A stretch of DNA of 64,000 bases from Eledone cirrhosa (GCA_964016885.1 OZ024742.1:349990001-350054000), one strand, 5' to 3'. Shown: positions 1-14,379, numbered from the stretch's first letter. A program made the numbers and translations. Notes: generated by a model not told the origin, from the letters alone.

Positions 1-3000
1 GGCACTGTCGTATGTGTGTGAGTGGTCAGTGACATGGCACTGTCGTATGTGTGTGAGTGGTCAGTGACATGGTACTGTCGTTTGTGTGTAAGTGGTCAGT
101 GACATGGCACTGTCGTTTGTGTGTGAGTGGTCAGTGACATGGCACTGTCGTATGTGTGTAAGTGGTCAGTGACATGGCACTGTCGGTTGTGCGTGAGTGG
201 TCAGTGACATGGTACTGTCGTATGTGTGTGAGTGGTCAGTGACATGGTACTGTCGTTTGTGTGTAAGTGGTCAGTGACATGGTACTGTCGTTTGTGTGTG
301 AGTGGTCAGTGACATGGCACTGTCGTTTGTGTGTGAGTGGTCAGTGACATGGCACTGTCGTTTGTGTGTAAGTGGTCAGTGACATGGCACTGTCGTTTGT
401 GTGTGAGTGGTCAGTGACATGGCACTGTCGTATGTGTGTAAGTGGTCAGTGACATGGTACTGTCGTTTGTGTGTGAGTGGTCAGTGACATGGCACTGTCG
501 TATGTGTGTAAGTGGTCAGTGACATGGTACTGTCGTTTGTGTGTGAGTGGTCAGTGACATGGTACTGTCGTATGTGTGTAAGTGGTCAGTGACATGGTAC
601 TGTCGTTTGTGTGTGAGTGGTCAGTGACATGGTACTGTCGTATGTGTGTGAGTGGTCAGTGACATGGCACTGTCGTTTGTGTGTGAGTGGTCAGTGACAT
701 GGCACTGTCGTATGTGTGTGAGTGGTCAGTGACATGGCACTGTCGTATGTGTGTGAGTGGTCAGTGACATGGCACTGTCGTATGTGTGTGAGTGGTCAGT
801 GACATGGCACTGTCGTTTGTGTGTGAGTGGTCAGTGACATGGTACTGTCGTTTGTGTGTGAGTGGTCAGTGACATGGTACTGTCGTATGTGTGTGAGTGG
901 TCAGTGACATGGCACTGTCGTATGTGTGTGAGTGGTCAGTGACATGGCACTGTCGTATGTGTGTGAGTGGTCAGTGACATGGCACTGTCGTTTGTGTGTG
1001 AGTGGTCAGTGACATGGTACTGTCGTTTGTGTGTGAGTGGTCAGTGACATGGTACTGTCGTTTGTGTGTGAGTGGTCAGTGACATGGCACTGTCGTTTGT
1101 GTGTGAGTGGTCAGTGACATGGTACTGTCGTATGTGTGTAAGTGGTCAGTGACATGGCACTGTCGGTTGTGCGTGAGTGGTCAGTGACATGGTACTGTCG
1201 TATGTGTGTGAGTGGTCAGTGACATGGCACTGTCGTTTGTGTGTGAGTGGTCAGTGACATGGCACTGTCGTTTGTGTGTGAGTGGTCAGTGACATGGCAC
1301 TGTCGTTTGTGTGTGAGTGGTCAGTGACATGGTACTGTCGTTTGTGTGTGAGTGGTCAGTGACATGGCACTGTCGTATGTGTGTGAGTGGTCAGTGACAT
1401 GGCACTGTCGTTTGTGTGTGAGTGGTCAGTGACATGGCACTGTCGTTTGTGTGTGAGTGGTCAGTGACATGGTACTGTCGTTTGTGTGTGAGTGGTCAGT
1501 GACATGGCACTGTCGTTTGTGTGTGAGTGGTCAGTGACATGGTACTGTCGTATGTGTGTAAGTGGTCAGTGACATGGCACTGTCGGTTGTGCGTGAGTGG
1601 TCAGTGACATGGTACTGTCGTTTGTGTGTGAGTGGTCAGTGACATGGTACTGTCGTATGTGTGTAAGTGGTCAGTGACATGGTACTGTCGTTTGTGTGTG
1701 AGTGGTCAGTGACATGGTACTGTCGTTTGTGTGTGAGTGGTCAGTGACAGGGTACTGTCGTATGTGTGTGAGTGGTCAGTGACATGGCACTGTCGTATGT
1801 GTGTGAGTGGTCAGTGACATGGCACTGTCGTATGTGTGTAAGTGGTCAGTGACATGGCACTGTCGTATGTGTGTGAGTGGTCAGTGACATGGTACTGTCG
1901 TATGTGTGTAAGTGGTCAGTGACATGGCACTGTCGTTTGTGTGTGAGTGGTCAGTGACATGGCACTGTCGTATGTGTGTGAGTGGTCAGTGACATGGCAC
2001 TGTCGTATGTGTGTGAGTGGTCAGTGACATGGTACTGTCGTTTGTGTGTAAGTGGTCAGTGACATGGCACTGTCGTTTGTGTGTGAGTGGTCAGTGACAT
2101 GGCACTGTCGTATGTGTGTAAGTGGTCAGTGACATGGCACTGTCGTTTGTGTGTGAGTGGTCAGTGACATGGCACTGTCGTTTGTGTGTGAGTGGTCAGT
2201 GAGATGGTACTGTCGTTTGTGTGTGAGTGGTCAGTGACATGGCACTGTCGTATGTGTGTAAGTGGTCAGTGACATGGCACTGTCGTTTGTGTGTGAGTGG
2301 TCAGTGACATGGCACTGTCGTATGTGTGTAAGTGGTCAGTGACATGGCACTGTCGTTTGTGTGTGAGTGGTCAGTGACATGGCACTGTCGTATGTGTGTA
2401 AGTGGTCAGTGACATGGCACTGTCGTTTGTGTGTGAGTGGTCAGTGACATGGCACTGTCGTTTATGTGTGTGTGGTCAGTGAGATGGTACTGTCGTTTGT
2501 GTGTGTGTGGTCAGTGACATGGTACTGTCGTTTGTGTGTGAGTGGTCAGTGACATGGCACTGTCGTTTATGTGTGTGTGGTCAGTGACATGGTACTGTCG
2601 TTTGTGTGTGAGTGGTCAGTGACATGGCACTGTCGTATGTGTGTAAATGGTCATTGACATGGTACTGTTGTTTGTGTGTGAGTGGTCAGTGACATGGTAC
2701 TGTCGTATGTGTGTAAGTGGTCAGTGACATGGTACTGTCGTTTGTGTGTGAGTGGTCAGTGACATGGTACTGTCGTATGTGTGTGAGTGGTCAGTGACAT
2801 GGCACTGTCGTTTGTGTGTGAGTGGTCAGTGACATGGCACTGTCGTATGTGTGTAAGTGGTCATTGACATGGTACTGTCGTTTGTGTGTGAGTGGTCAGT
2901 GACATGGTACTGTCGTATGTGTGTGTGTGGTCAGTGTCATGGCACTGTCGTATGTGTGTGAGTGGTCAGTGACATGGCACTGTCGTATGTGTGTGAGTGG

Positions 3001-6000
3001 TCAGTGACATGGCACTGTCGTTTGTGTGTGAGTGGTCAGTGACATGGCACTGTCGTATGTGTGTAAGTGGTCAGTGACATGGCACTGTCGTATGTGTGTA
3101 AGTGGTCAGTGACATGGCACTGTCGTATGTGTGTGAGTGGTCAGTGACATGGTACTGTCGTTTGTGTGTGAGTGGTCAGTGACATGGCACTGTCGTATGT
3201 GTGTAAGTGGTCAGTGACATGGCACTGTCGTATGTGTGTGAGTGGTCAGTGACATGGCACTGTCGTTTGTGTGTGAGTGGTCAGTGACATGGCACTGTCG
3301 TATGTGTGTGAGTGGTCAGTGACATGGCACTGTCGTATGTGTGTGAGTGGTCAGTGACATGGCACTGTCGTTTGTGTGTAAGTGGTCAGTGACATGGCAC
3401 TGTCGTATGTGTGTAAGTGGTCAGTGACATGGTACTGTCGTATGTGTGTGAGTGGTCAGTGACATGGTACTGTCGTATGTGTGTGAGTGGTCAGTGACAT
3501 GGTACTGTCGTATGTGTGTAAGTGGTCAGTGACATGGTACTGTCGTATGTGTGTGAGTGGTCAGTGACATGGCACTGTCGTATGTGTGTGAGTGGTCAGT
3601 GACATGGCACTGTCGTATGTGTGTGAGTGGTCAGTGACATGGCACTGTCGTATGTGTGTAAGTGGTCAGTGACATGGCACTGTCGTATGTGTGTAAGTGG
3701 TCAGTGACATAGCACTGTCGTATGTGTGTAAGTGGTCAGTGACATGGTACTGTCGTTTGTGTGTGAGTGGTCAGTGACATGGTACTGTCGTTTGTGTGTG
3801 AGTGGTCAGTGACATGGTACTGTCGTTTGTGTGTGAGTGGTCAGTGACATGGTACTGTCGTTTGTGTGTGAGTGGTCAGTGACATGGTACTGTCGTTTGT
3901 GTGTGAGTGGTCAGTGACATGGTACTGTCGTATGTGTGTGAGTGGTCAGTGACATGGCACTGTCGTATGTGTGTGAGTGGTCAGTGACATGGCACTGTCG
4001 TATGTGTGTAAGTGGTCAGTGACATGGCACTGTCGTATGTGTGTGAGTGGTCAGTGACATGGCACTGTCGTTTGTTTGTGAGTGGTCAGTGACATGGCAC
4101 TGTCGTATGTGTGTGAGTGGTCAGTGACATGGCACTGTCGTATGTGTGTAAGTGGTCAGTGACATGGTACTGTCGTTTGTGTGTGAGTGGTCAGTGACAT
4201 GGTACTGTCGTATGTGTGTGAGTGGTCAGTGACATGGTACTGTCGTTTGTGTGTGAGTGGTCAGTGACATGGTACTGTCGTTTGTGTGTGAGTGGTCAGT
4301 GACATGGTACTGTCGTTTGTGTGTGAGTGGTCAGTGACATGGTACTGTCGTTCGTGTGTGAGTGGTCAGTGACATGGTACTGTCGTTTGTGTGTGAGTGG
4401 TCAGTGACATGGTACTGTCGTTTGTGTGTGAGTGGTCAGTGACATGGTACTGTCGTTTGTGTGTGAGTGGTCAGTGACATGGTACTGTCGTATGTGTGTG
4501 AGTGGTCAGTGACATGGCACTGTCGTTTGTGTGTGAGTGGTCAGTGACATGGCACTGTCGTTTGTGTGTGAGTGGTCAATGATATGGTACTGTCGTATGT
4601 GTGTGAGTGGTCAGTGACATGGCACTGTCGTTTGTGTGTGAGTGGTCAGTGACATGGCACTGTCGTTTGTGTGTAAGTGGTCAGTGACATGGTACTGTCG
4701 TTTGTGTGTGAGTGGTCATTGACATGACACTGTCGTTTGTGTGTAAGTGGTCAATGACATGGCACTGTCGTTTGTGTGTAAGTGGTCAGTGACATGGCTC
4801 TGTCGTTTGTGTGTGAGTGGTCAGTGACATGGTACTGTCTTTTGTGTGTGTGTGGTCACTGACATGGCACTGTCGTTTGTGTGTGAGTGGTCAGTGACAT
4901 GGCACTGTCGTTTGTGTGTAAGTGGTCAGTGACAGGGTACTGTCGTTTGTGTCTGAGTGGTCAGTGACATGGCACCGTCGTTTGTGTGTGAGTGGTCAGT
5001 GACATGGCACTGTCGTTTGTGTGTGAGTGGTCAGTGACATGGTACTGTCGTTTGTGTGTGTGTCCTCAGTGACATGGTACTGTCGTTTGTGTGTGAGTGG
5101 TCAGTGACATGGTACTGTCGTTTGTGTGTGTATGGTCAGTGACATGGTACTGTCGTATGTGTGTAAGTAGTCAGTGACATGGTACTGTCGTTTGTGTGTG
5201 AGTGGTCAGTGACATGGCACTGTCGTTTGTGTGTGAGTGGTCAGTGACATGACACTGTCGTTTGTGTGTGAGTGGTCAGTGACATGACACTCTCGTTTGT
5301 GTGTGAGTGGTCAGTGACATGCCACTGTCGTTTGTGTGTGTGTAGTCAGTGACATGGTACTGTCGTTTGTGTGTGAGTGGTCAGTGACATGCCACTGTCG
5401 TTTGTGTGTGAGTGGTCAGTGACATGACACTCTCGTTTGTGTGTGAGTGGTCAGTGACATGCCACTGTCGTTTGTGTGTGTGTAGTCAGTGACATGGTAC
5501 TGTCGTTTGTGTGTAAGTGGTCAGTGACATGGCACTGTCGTTTATGTGTGAGTGGTCAGTGACATGGCACTGTCGTTTGTGTGTGAGTGGTCAGTGACAT
5601 GGTACTGTCGTTTGTGTGTGAGTGGTCAGTGACATGGTACTGTCGTTTGTGTGTGAGTGGTCAGTGACATGGCACTGTCGTATGTGTGTGAGTGGTCAGT
5701 GACATGGTACTGTCGTATGTGTGTGAGTGGTCAGTGACATGGTACTGTCGTTTGTGTGTAAGTGGTCAGTGACATGGTACTGTCGTTTGTGTGTGAGTGG
5801 TCAGTGACATGGCACTGTCGTATGTGTGTAAGTGGTCAGTGACATGGCACTGTCGTTTATGTGTGAGTGGTCAGTGACATGGCACTGTCGTTTGTGTGTG
5901 AGTGGTCAGTGACATGGTACTGTCGTTTGTGTGTGAGTGGTCAGTGACATGGCACTGTCGTATGTGTGTAAGTGGTCAGTGACATGGCACTGTCGTTTAT

Positions 6001-9000
6001 GTGTGAGTGGTCAGTGACATGGCACTGTCGTTTGTGTGTGAGTGGTCAGTGACATGGCACTGTCGTTTGTGTGTGAGTGGTCAGTGACATGGCACTCGTT
6101 TGTGTGTGTGTGGTCAGTGACATGGTACTGTCGTTTGTGTGTGTGTGGTCAGTGACATGGTACTGTCGTTTGTGTGTGAGTGGTCAGTGACATGGCACTG
6201 TCGTATGTGTGTAAGTGGTCAGTGACATGGCACTGTCGTTTATGTGTGAGTGGTCAGTGACATGGCACTGTCGTTTGTGTGTGAGTGGTCAGTGACATGG
6301 TACTGTCGTATGTGTGTAAGTGGTCAGTGACATGGTACTGTCGTTTGTGTGTGAGTGGTCAGTGACATGGCACTGTCGTTTGTGTGTGAGTGGTCAGTGA
6401 CATGGCACTCGTTTGTGTGTGTGGTCAGTGACATGGCACTGTCGTTTGTGTGTAAGTGGTCAGTGACAGGGTACTGTCGTTTGTGTCTGAGTGGTCAGTG
6501 ACATGGCACCGTCGTTTGTGTGTGAGTGGTCAGTGACATGGCACTGTCGTTTGTGTGTGAGTGGTCAGTGACATGGTACTGTCGTTTGTGTGTGTGTCCT
6601 CAGTGACATGGTACTGTCGTTTGTGTGTGAGTGGTCAGTGACATGGTACTGTCGTTTGTGTGTGTATGGTCAGTGACATGGTACTGTCGTATGTGTGTAA
6701 GTAGTCAGTGACATGGTACTGTCGTTTGTGTGTGAGTGGTCAGTGACATGGCACTGTCGTTTGTGTGTGAGTGGTCAGTGACATGACACTGTCGTTTGTG
6801 TGTGAGTGGTCAGTGACATGACACTCTCGTTTGTGTGTGAGTGGTCAGTGACATGCCACTGTCGTTTGTGTGTGTGTAGTCAGTGACATGGTACTGTCGT
6901 TTGTGTGTGAGTGGTCAGTGACATGCCACTGTTGTTTGTGTGTGAGTGGTCAGTGACATGACACTCTCGTTTGTGTGTGAGTGGTCAGTGACATGCCACT
7001 GTCGTTTGTGTGTGTGTAGTCAGTGACATGGTACTGTCGTTTGTGTGTAAGTGGTCAGTGACATGGCACTGTCGTTTATGTGTGAGTGGTCAGTGACATG
7101 GCACTGTCGTTTGTGTGTGAGTGGTCAGTGACATGGTACTGTCGTTTGTGTGTGAGTGGTCAGTGACATGGTACTGTCGTTTGTGTGTGAGTGGTCAGTG
7201 ACATGGCACTGTCGTATGTGTGTGAGTGGTCAGTGACATGGTACTGTCGTATGTGTGTGAGTGGTCAGTGACATGGTACTGTCGTTTGTGTGTAAGTGGT
7301 CAGTGACATGGTACTGTCGTTTGTGTGTGAGTGGTCAGTGACATGGCACTGTCGTATGTGTGTAAGTGGTCAGTGACATGGCACTGTCGTTTATGTGTGA
7401 GTGGTCAGTGACATGGCACTGTCGTTTGTGTGTGAGTGGTCAGTGACATGGTACTGTCGTTTGTGTGTGAGTGGTCAGTGACATGGCACTGTCGTATGTG
7501 TGTAAGTGGTCAGTGACATGGCACTGTCGTTTATGTGTGAGTGGTCAGTGACATGGCACTGTCGTTTGTGTGTGAGTGGTCAGTGACATGGCACTGTCGT
7601 TTGTGTGTGAGTGGTCAGTGACATGGCACTCGTTTGTGTGTGTGTGGTCAGTGACATGGTACTGTCGTTTGTGTGTGTGTGGTCAGTGACATGGTACTGT
7701 CGTTTGTGTGTGAGTGGTCAGTGACATGGCACTGTCGTATGTGTGTAAGTGGTCAGTGACATGGCACTGTCGTTTATGTGTGAGTGGTCAGTGACATGGC
7801 ACTGTCGTTTGTGTGTGAGTGGTCAGTGACATGGTACTGTCGTTTGTGTGTGAGTGGTCAGTGACATGGCACTGTCGTATGTGTGTAAGTGGTCAGTGAC
7901 ATGGCACTGTCGTTTATGTGTGAGTGGTCAGTGACATGGCACTGTCGTTTGTGTGTGAGTGGTCAGTGACATGGCACTGTCGTTTGTGTGTGAGTGGTCA
8001 GTGACATGGCACTCGTTTGTGTGTGTGTGGTCAGTGACATGGTACTGTCGTTTGTGTGTGTGTGGTCAGTGACATGGTACTGTCGTTTGTGTGTGAGTGG
8101 TCAGTGACATGGCACTGTCGTTTGTGTGTGAGTGGTCAGTGACATGGCACTCGTTTGTGTGTGTGTGGTCAGTGACATGGCACTGTCGTTTGTGTGTAAG
8201 TGGTCAGTGACAGGGTACTGTCGTTTGTGTCTGAGTGGTCAGTGACATGGCACCGTCGTTTGTGTGTGAGTGGTCAGTGACATGGCACTGTCGTTTGTGT
8301 GTGAGTGGTCAGTGACATGGTACTGTCGTTTGTGTGTGTGTCCTCAGTGACATGGTACTGTCGTTTGTGTGTGAGTGGTCAGTGACATGGTACTGTCGTT
8401 TGTGTGTGTATGGTCAGTGACATGGTACTGTCGTATGTGTGTAAGTAGTCAGTGACATGGTACTGTCGTTTGTGTGTGAGTGGTCAGTGACATGGCACTG
8501 TCGTTTGTGTGTGAGTGGTCAGTGACATGACACTGTCGTTTGTGTGTGAGTGGTCAGTGACATGACACTCTCGTTTGTGTGTGAGTGGTCAGTGACATGC
8601 CACTGTCGTTTGTGTGTGTGTAGTCAGTGACATGGTACTGTCGTTTGTGTGTGAGTGGTCAGTGACATGCCACTGTTGTTTGTGTGTGAGTGGTCAGTGA
8701 CATGACACTCTCGTTTGTGTGTGAGTGGTCAGTGACATGCCACTGTCGTTTGTGTGTGTGTAGTCAGTGACATGGTACTGTCGTTTGTGTGTAAGTGGTC
8801 AGTGACATGGCACTGTCGTATGTGTGTGAGTGGTCAGTGACATGGTACTGTCGTATGTGTGTGAGTGGTCAGTGACATGGTACTGTCGTTTGTGTGTAAG
8901 TGGTCAGTGACATGGTACTGTCGTTTGTGTGTGAGTGGTCAGTGACATGGCACTGTCGTATGTGTGTAAGTGGTCAGTGACATGGCACTGTCGTTTATGT

Positions 9001-11204
9001 GTGAGTGGTCAGTGACATGGCACTGTCGTTTGTGTGTGAGTGGTCAGTGACATGGTACTGTCGTTTGTGTGTGAGTGGTCAGTGACATGGCACTGTCGTA
9101 TGTGTGTAAGTGGTCAGTGACATGGCACTGTCGTTTATGTGTGAGTGGTCAGTGACATGGCACTGTCGTTTGTGTGTGAGTGGTCAGTGACATGGCACTG
9201 TCGTTTGTGTGTGAGTGGTCAGTGACATGGCACTCGTTTGTGTGTGTGTGGTCAGTGACATGGTACTGTCGTTTGTGTGTGTGTGGTCAGTGACATGGTA
9301 CTGTCGTTTGTGTGTGAGTGGTCAGTGACATGGCACTGTCGTATGTGTGTAAGTGGTCAGTGACATGGCACTGTCGTTTATGTGTGAGTGGTCAGTGACA
9401 TGGCACTGTCGTTTGTGTGTGAGTGGTCAGTGACATGGTACTGTCGTATGTGTGTAAGTGGTCAGTGACATGGTACTGTCGTTTGTGCGTGAGTGGTCAG
9501 TGACATGGCACTGTCGTTTGTGTGTGAGTGGTCAGTGACATGGCACTCGTTTGTGTGTGTGTGGTCAGTGACATGGTACTGTCGTTTGTGTGTGTGTGGT
9601 CAGTGACATGGTACTGTCGTTTGTGTGTGAGTGGTCAGTGACATGGTACTGTCGTTTGTGTGTGAGTGGTCAGTGACATGGTACTGTCGTTTGTGTGTGA
9701 GTGGTCAGTGACATGGTACTGTCGGTTGTGTGTGTGTGGTCAGTGACATGGTACTGTCGTATGTGTGTAAGTGGTCAGTGACATGGCACTGTCGTTTGTG
9801 TGTGAGTGGTCAGTGACATGGTACTGTCGTTTGTGTGTGAGTGGTCAGTGACATGGTACTGTCGTTTCTGTGTGTGTGGTCAGTGACATGGCACTGTCGT
9901 TTCTGTGTGTGTGGTCAGTGACATGGCACTGTCGTTTGTGTGTGAGTGGTCAGTGACATGGCACTGTCGTTTCTGTGTGTGTGGTCAGTGACATGGCACT
10001 TTCGTTTGTGTGTGACTGGTCAGTGACATGGTACTCTCGTTTGTGTGTGTGTGGTCAGTGACATGGTACTGTCGTTTGTGTGTGTGTGGTCAGTGACATG
10101 GTACTGTCGTTTGTGTGTGAGTGGTCAGTGACATGGCACTGTCGTATGTGTGTGATTGGTCATTGACATGACACTGTCGTTTGTGTGTAAGTGGTCAGTG
10201 ACATGGCACTGTCGTTTGTGTGTGAGTGGTCAGTGACATGGTACTGTCGTTTGTGTGTAAGTGGTTAGTGACATGGTACTGTCGTTTGTGTGTGAGTGGT
10301 CAGTGACATGGTACTGTCGTTTGTGTGTGAGTGGTCAGTGACATGGTACTGTCGTTTGAGTGTGTGTGGTCAGTGACATGGTACTGTCGTTTGTGTGTGA
10401 GTGGTCAGTGACATGGTACTGTCGTTTGTGTGTGTGTGGTCAGTGACATGGTACTGTCGTTTGTGTGTGTGTGGTCAGTGACATGGCACTGTCGTTTGTG
10501 TGTGTGTGGTCAGTGACATGGCACTGTCGTTTGTGTGTGAGTGGTCAGTGACATGGCACTGTCGTTTGTGTGTCAGTGGTCAGTGACATGGTACTGTCGT
10601 TTGTGTGTGTGTGGTCAGTGACATGGCACTGTCGTTTGTGTGTGTGTGGTCAGTGACATGGCACTGTCGTTTGTGTGTGAGTGGTCAGTGACATGGCACT
10701 GTCGTTTGTGTGTCAGTGGTCAGTGACATGGCACTGTCGTTTGTGTGTGAGTGGTCAGTGACATGACACTGTCGTTTGTGTGTAAGTGGTCAGTGACATG
10801 GCACTGTCGTTTGTGTGTAAGTGGTCATTGACATGACACTGTCGTTTGTGTGTAAGTGGTCAGTGACATGGCACTGTCGTTTGTGTGTGAGTGGTCAGTG
10901 ACATGGTACTGTCTTTTGTGTGTGTGTGGTCAGTGTCATGGCACTGTCGTTTGTGTGTGAGTGGTCAGTGACATGGCACTGTCGTTTGTGTGTAAGTGGT
11001 CACTGACATGGTACTGTCGTTTGTGTCTGAGTGGTCAGTGACATGGTACTGTCGTTTGTGTGTGAGTGGTCAGTGACATGGTATTGTCGTTTCTGTGTGT
11101 GTGGTCAGTGACATGGCACTTTCGTTTGTGTGTGACTGGTCAGTGACATGGTACTATCGTTTGTGTGTGAATGTTCAGTGACATGGCACTGTCGTTTGTG
11201 TGTA
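1..11204. repeat. 35-bp tandem satellite/minisatellite, about 320 units, continuing past the window start
   Basis: Consensus GG(C/T)ACTGTCGT(A/T)TGTGTGT(G/A)AGTGGTCAGTGACAT repeats with period 35, with occasional 2-bp deletions. It ends abruptly at about 11204. Confidence 0.98.
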
Positions 11205-11520
11205 CACGCTACAAAACAATAATCCTGATCTCCTGCAGCTCGAGACATGCAAGGTAGGACAGCTGTCTGTCACGTGACATGATCCAAGATTCACGTCAAG
11301 AAATACCTATTAACCAAAACAATAACAAATGATATAGGCTATCTTCAGTAACACACAATAAAAGACCTCTTTATCATAAATCCCACGTTTAATTTCTATT
11401 TTTCAAATGATATAATCTATTATCAGATCTACGTTAATACATTTTACACGCATTGGAATTAATCTATTAATATTTAAAATCAGCATGGCACAGGCTAGGG
11501 ATATATATATATAACGTACG

Positions 11521-12260
11521 TGTTGTATTAAGGAACCAGATGGACCATAACGCACTAGAGTACTCAATACTTAGGGTAGAAGAGTCGGTAATAGGAGAAA
11601 GTATGACCCCGACGGCCGAGCTCAAGCCGATTCGACGGCTATTACTGGACTAAAGTAAGAGTTTTTTTAGTCTGGTAAATAAATAGCCGAACTTTTCAAG
11701 GGTACTTCCTTATGTGGAAAGATTGTAGTTGTCAAAGGGATTGGTCAAAATTTGTAGCGGAACAGAAAAGTCTGTAATGGCAGTGGGTACGGGGTCGGGG
11801 TGGATGAACTTGCCTGTAGAACGATAGGGGAGTGGGTATAGCCGGTCAAGCGTAGAAGGTGAAATCTACACGGCAAATTCTAAGGAATGTGTATGAAAGT
11901 AGGCCAGAGGAGGTTGGCGAAAAATTGTATCGCCAACCTCCTCTGGCCTACTTTCATACACATTCCTTAGAATTTGCCGTGTAGATTTCACTTTCTACGC
12001 TTGACCGGCTCTACCCACTCCCCTATCGTTCTACAGGCAAGTTCAGCCATCCGCACCCCGCACCCACTGCCATGATAGACTTTTCTGTGTCCGCTACAAA
12101 TTTTGACCAATCCCCTTGACAATTACAATCTTTCCATATAAGGAAGTACCCTTGAAAAGTTCGGCTATTTATTTACTAGACTAAAAAAACTCTTACTTTA
12201 GTACAATAATAGCCGTCGAAACGGCTTGAGCTCTGCCGTCTGGGTCACACTTTCTCCTAT
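11521..12260. mobile_element. Asymmetric fold-back element (family A, PLE pLTR-derived), arms about 330 bp
   Basis: 11591-11920 is the reverse complement of 11930-12260 with scattered substitutions. An unpaired tail lies at 11521-11590 and (TA)n flanks both ends. The same tail occurs at 20950-21110 and 38203-38413. Confidence 0.75.
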
Positions 12261-12274
12261 ATATATATATATAT

Positions 12275-12440
12275 ATAACTTTGATAGGTTTCGGCCAGTA
12301 TTGGCCTAGGCCATGTCTAACTTAATAGCACCACCTGGCAAAGTCTTTCAAATCAGGATTTGGGTACGATGGCTCACTCAAGTAGAGAGTTATTGTTTAC
12401 GGAGGCAAATCCGGGTGTAGGAGATTTATCCGGGATTTCT
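12275..12440 (-). repeat. Dispersed repeat with an HHR-like motif (second copy at 37703-37844)
   Basis: ATAACTTTGATAGGTTTCGGCCAGTATTGGCC...GAGAGTTATTGTTTACGGAGGCA is shared with 37712-37844. The minus strand reads ATAACT...GGCCA-ATAC-TGGCC GAAA CCTA TC AAAGTTAT. Confidence 0.6.
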
Positions 12441-12443
12441 TAT

Positions 12444-12493
<50 letters not shown>

Positions 12494-12555
12494 AAGCAGC
12501 GATTCTTTGCTTAAACTTTAATCTGTAATTTTAATAAATAAATAAATAAATAAAT

Positions 12556-12615
<60 letters not shown>

Positions 12616-12617
<2 letters not shown>

Positions 12618-14379
12618 CAAATGTGTAATCTTTACCTCCTTGAATCTAGAACAATTATTCATTGTAATCTTAACCGGAAATGAGAGATATTTTCCACGTG
12701 TTCATATTACCACAGATATTCTTTCTACTACTTCAAACCAAGTAGGTGATATATACCAATGTCGGAAATAATACTATACTACCACCTTTAAATTTATTTC
12801 AATAGCTTTCTGCAATTATATAACTACATCTTAACTTAGACAAACCACATCAACCTATATCCTGTCCGATATTCCTTCTTAGTTATCAAATTATCACCAG
12901 TACATATATATATATATATATATATTAATAAACCCATTCTTTGGTCGCTCTCTTAATACAATTCTAATTTTTCTTAGTAACCAAATAAATAAACAATTTA
13001 GACACCCTGATATACCCTCAATCCTTACTTCTAAAACACTATATAACACTAAATAAATAGCTGACAACAGTGTACATAACAATGATTACTCCATTATGTA
13101 TTATATAAATCCCTATCTTGTTATTTAAAAAATTAACTCTCTCTACACAGTCTGAATAGATAAGAATAACAAATAACTTTTATATATATTTAATTAATAA
13201 TCATTAATAATATTTTATAATTTATAAATATTAATTTATAACACTATTTAATGAAAGATAACTTTCAATAGATTATAAAATTTAAATATTAATTTATAGC
13301 ACTATTTAATGAAAAATAACTATCAATAGATTATAAAATTTATTTACAATAATAAAACAACCCTTATTTTATTATCAACTTTAAATACTTCCTTAATTAC
13401 CTCAATTTGTTATTAACTCCCCTTGAGAATATCGTTTCCTTTATTTTTTAAATTCATAACGTTAAAACAATTTAACGACATTTCATCCTTCCGACTTCAC
13501 CTAATAACTATTAATAGAACTCGCACATAAAGCAAACTCTAATATTTCTTAATATAAAATTTTAAGATAGGAATGCATTGTATAATATATTCCCTGTACT
13601 AGCATGGTTAGTAATACAGTGGAATTAATCTTTACCAAACACATATTTTAAAACTATACACATCTCAAAAACATTACATCTAAAATTAAGAAAATTCCAT
13701 AGTTAATACATTTGTGTAGAGACCCAATTTATACATCTATATACGAAATTCAATATAAACATTCTTGAATGACAATTACATATCTAATTTAATTACGTTT
13801 TTTTGCATTACATTTTACATAACATCTATCCATTTTATCACCACATATCTTTCTACCATATTTCATGCCTTTTAAAAAGTTTTAAACATTTCTAACACTT
13901 TTAACATGCTTTTAGATTCTATATGAAATATGTTTGTTTCATTTATTATATAACTCTTACCTCTTGCATGCCTTTATTAATTTAATTAACTTTTGCATTA
14001 TATACCCTTAACATTACCTGATTTCTATTGCTATGATATGTTTTTTCTATCTTATCTTATATATTTTTTTTATTGTATCTTTTGTACATGTATTACAAAC
14101 AATATCTTTTTATACATAATATGCTCTATTTTTCACTTTTCACCATTGCTCTTTATACTGTGTTTTCTGTAGCATAACATCCTTTTGTAACTCCTGATTT
14201 TCCATATGATGTCTCTGACACTGGCAATAGTTATGTATCTATGTAAATGTTCTGAAGACTAGGATTTTAATTTTCTGTTTAAACATTCTCTATGCTCCGA
14301 TGATCCCAGACGGATGTCTGGAAGAAACAATTGTCAGCAATTAAATGTATTAACTAAGATTTGATTGTTTTAATATTTC

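Noticed and set aside
1-11204. CRISPR array (35-bp palindromic repeat)
   Set aside because: There are no unique spacers, the units are directly contiguous, no cas genes are present and the context is eukaryotic.
11175-11306. Possible minus-strand terminal exon running into the satellite
   Set aside because: An acceptor-like AG and a 43-codon open frame exist, but there is no homology or partner exon, so chance is likely.
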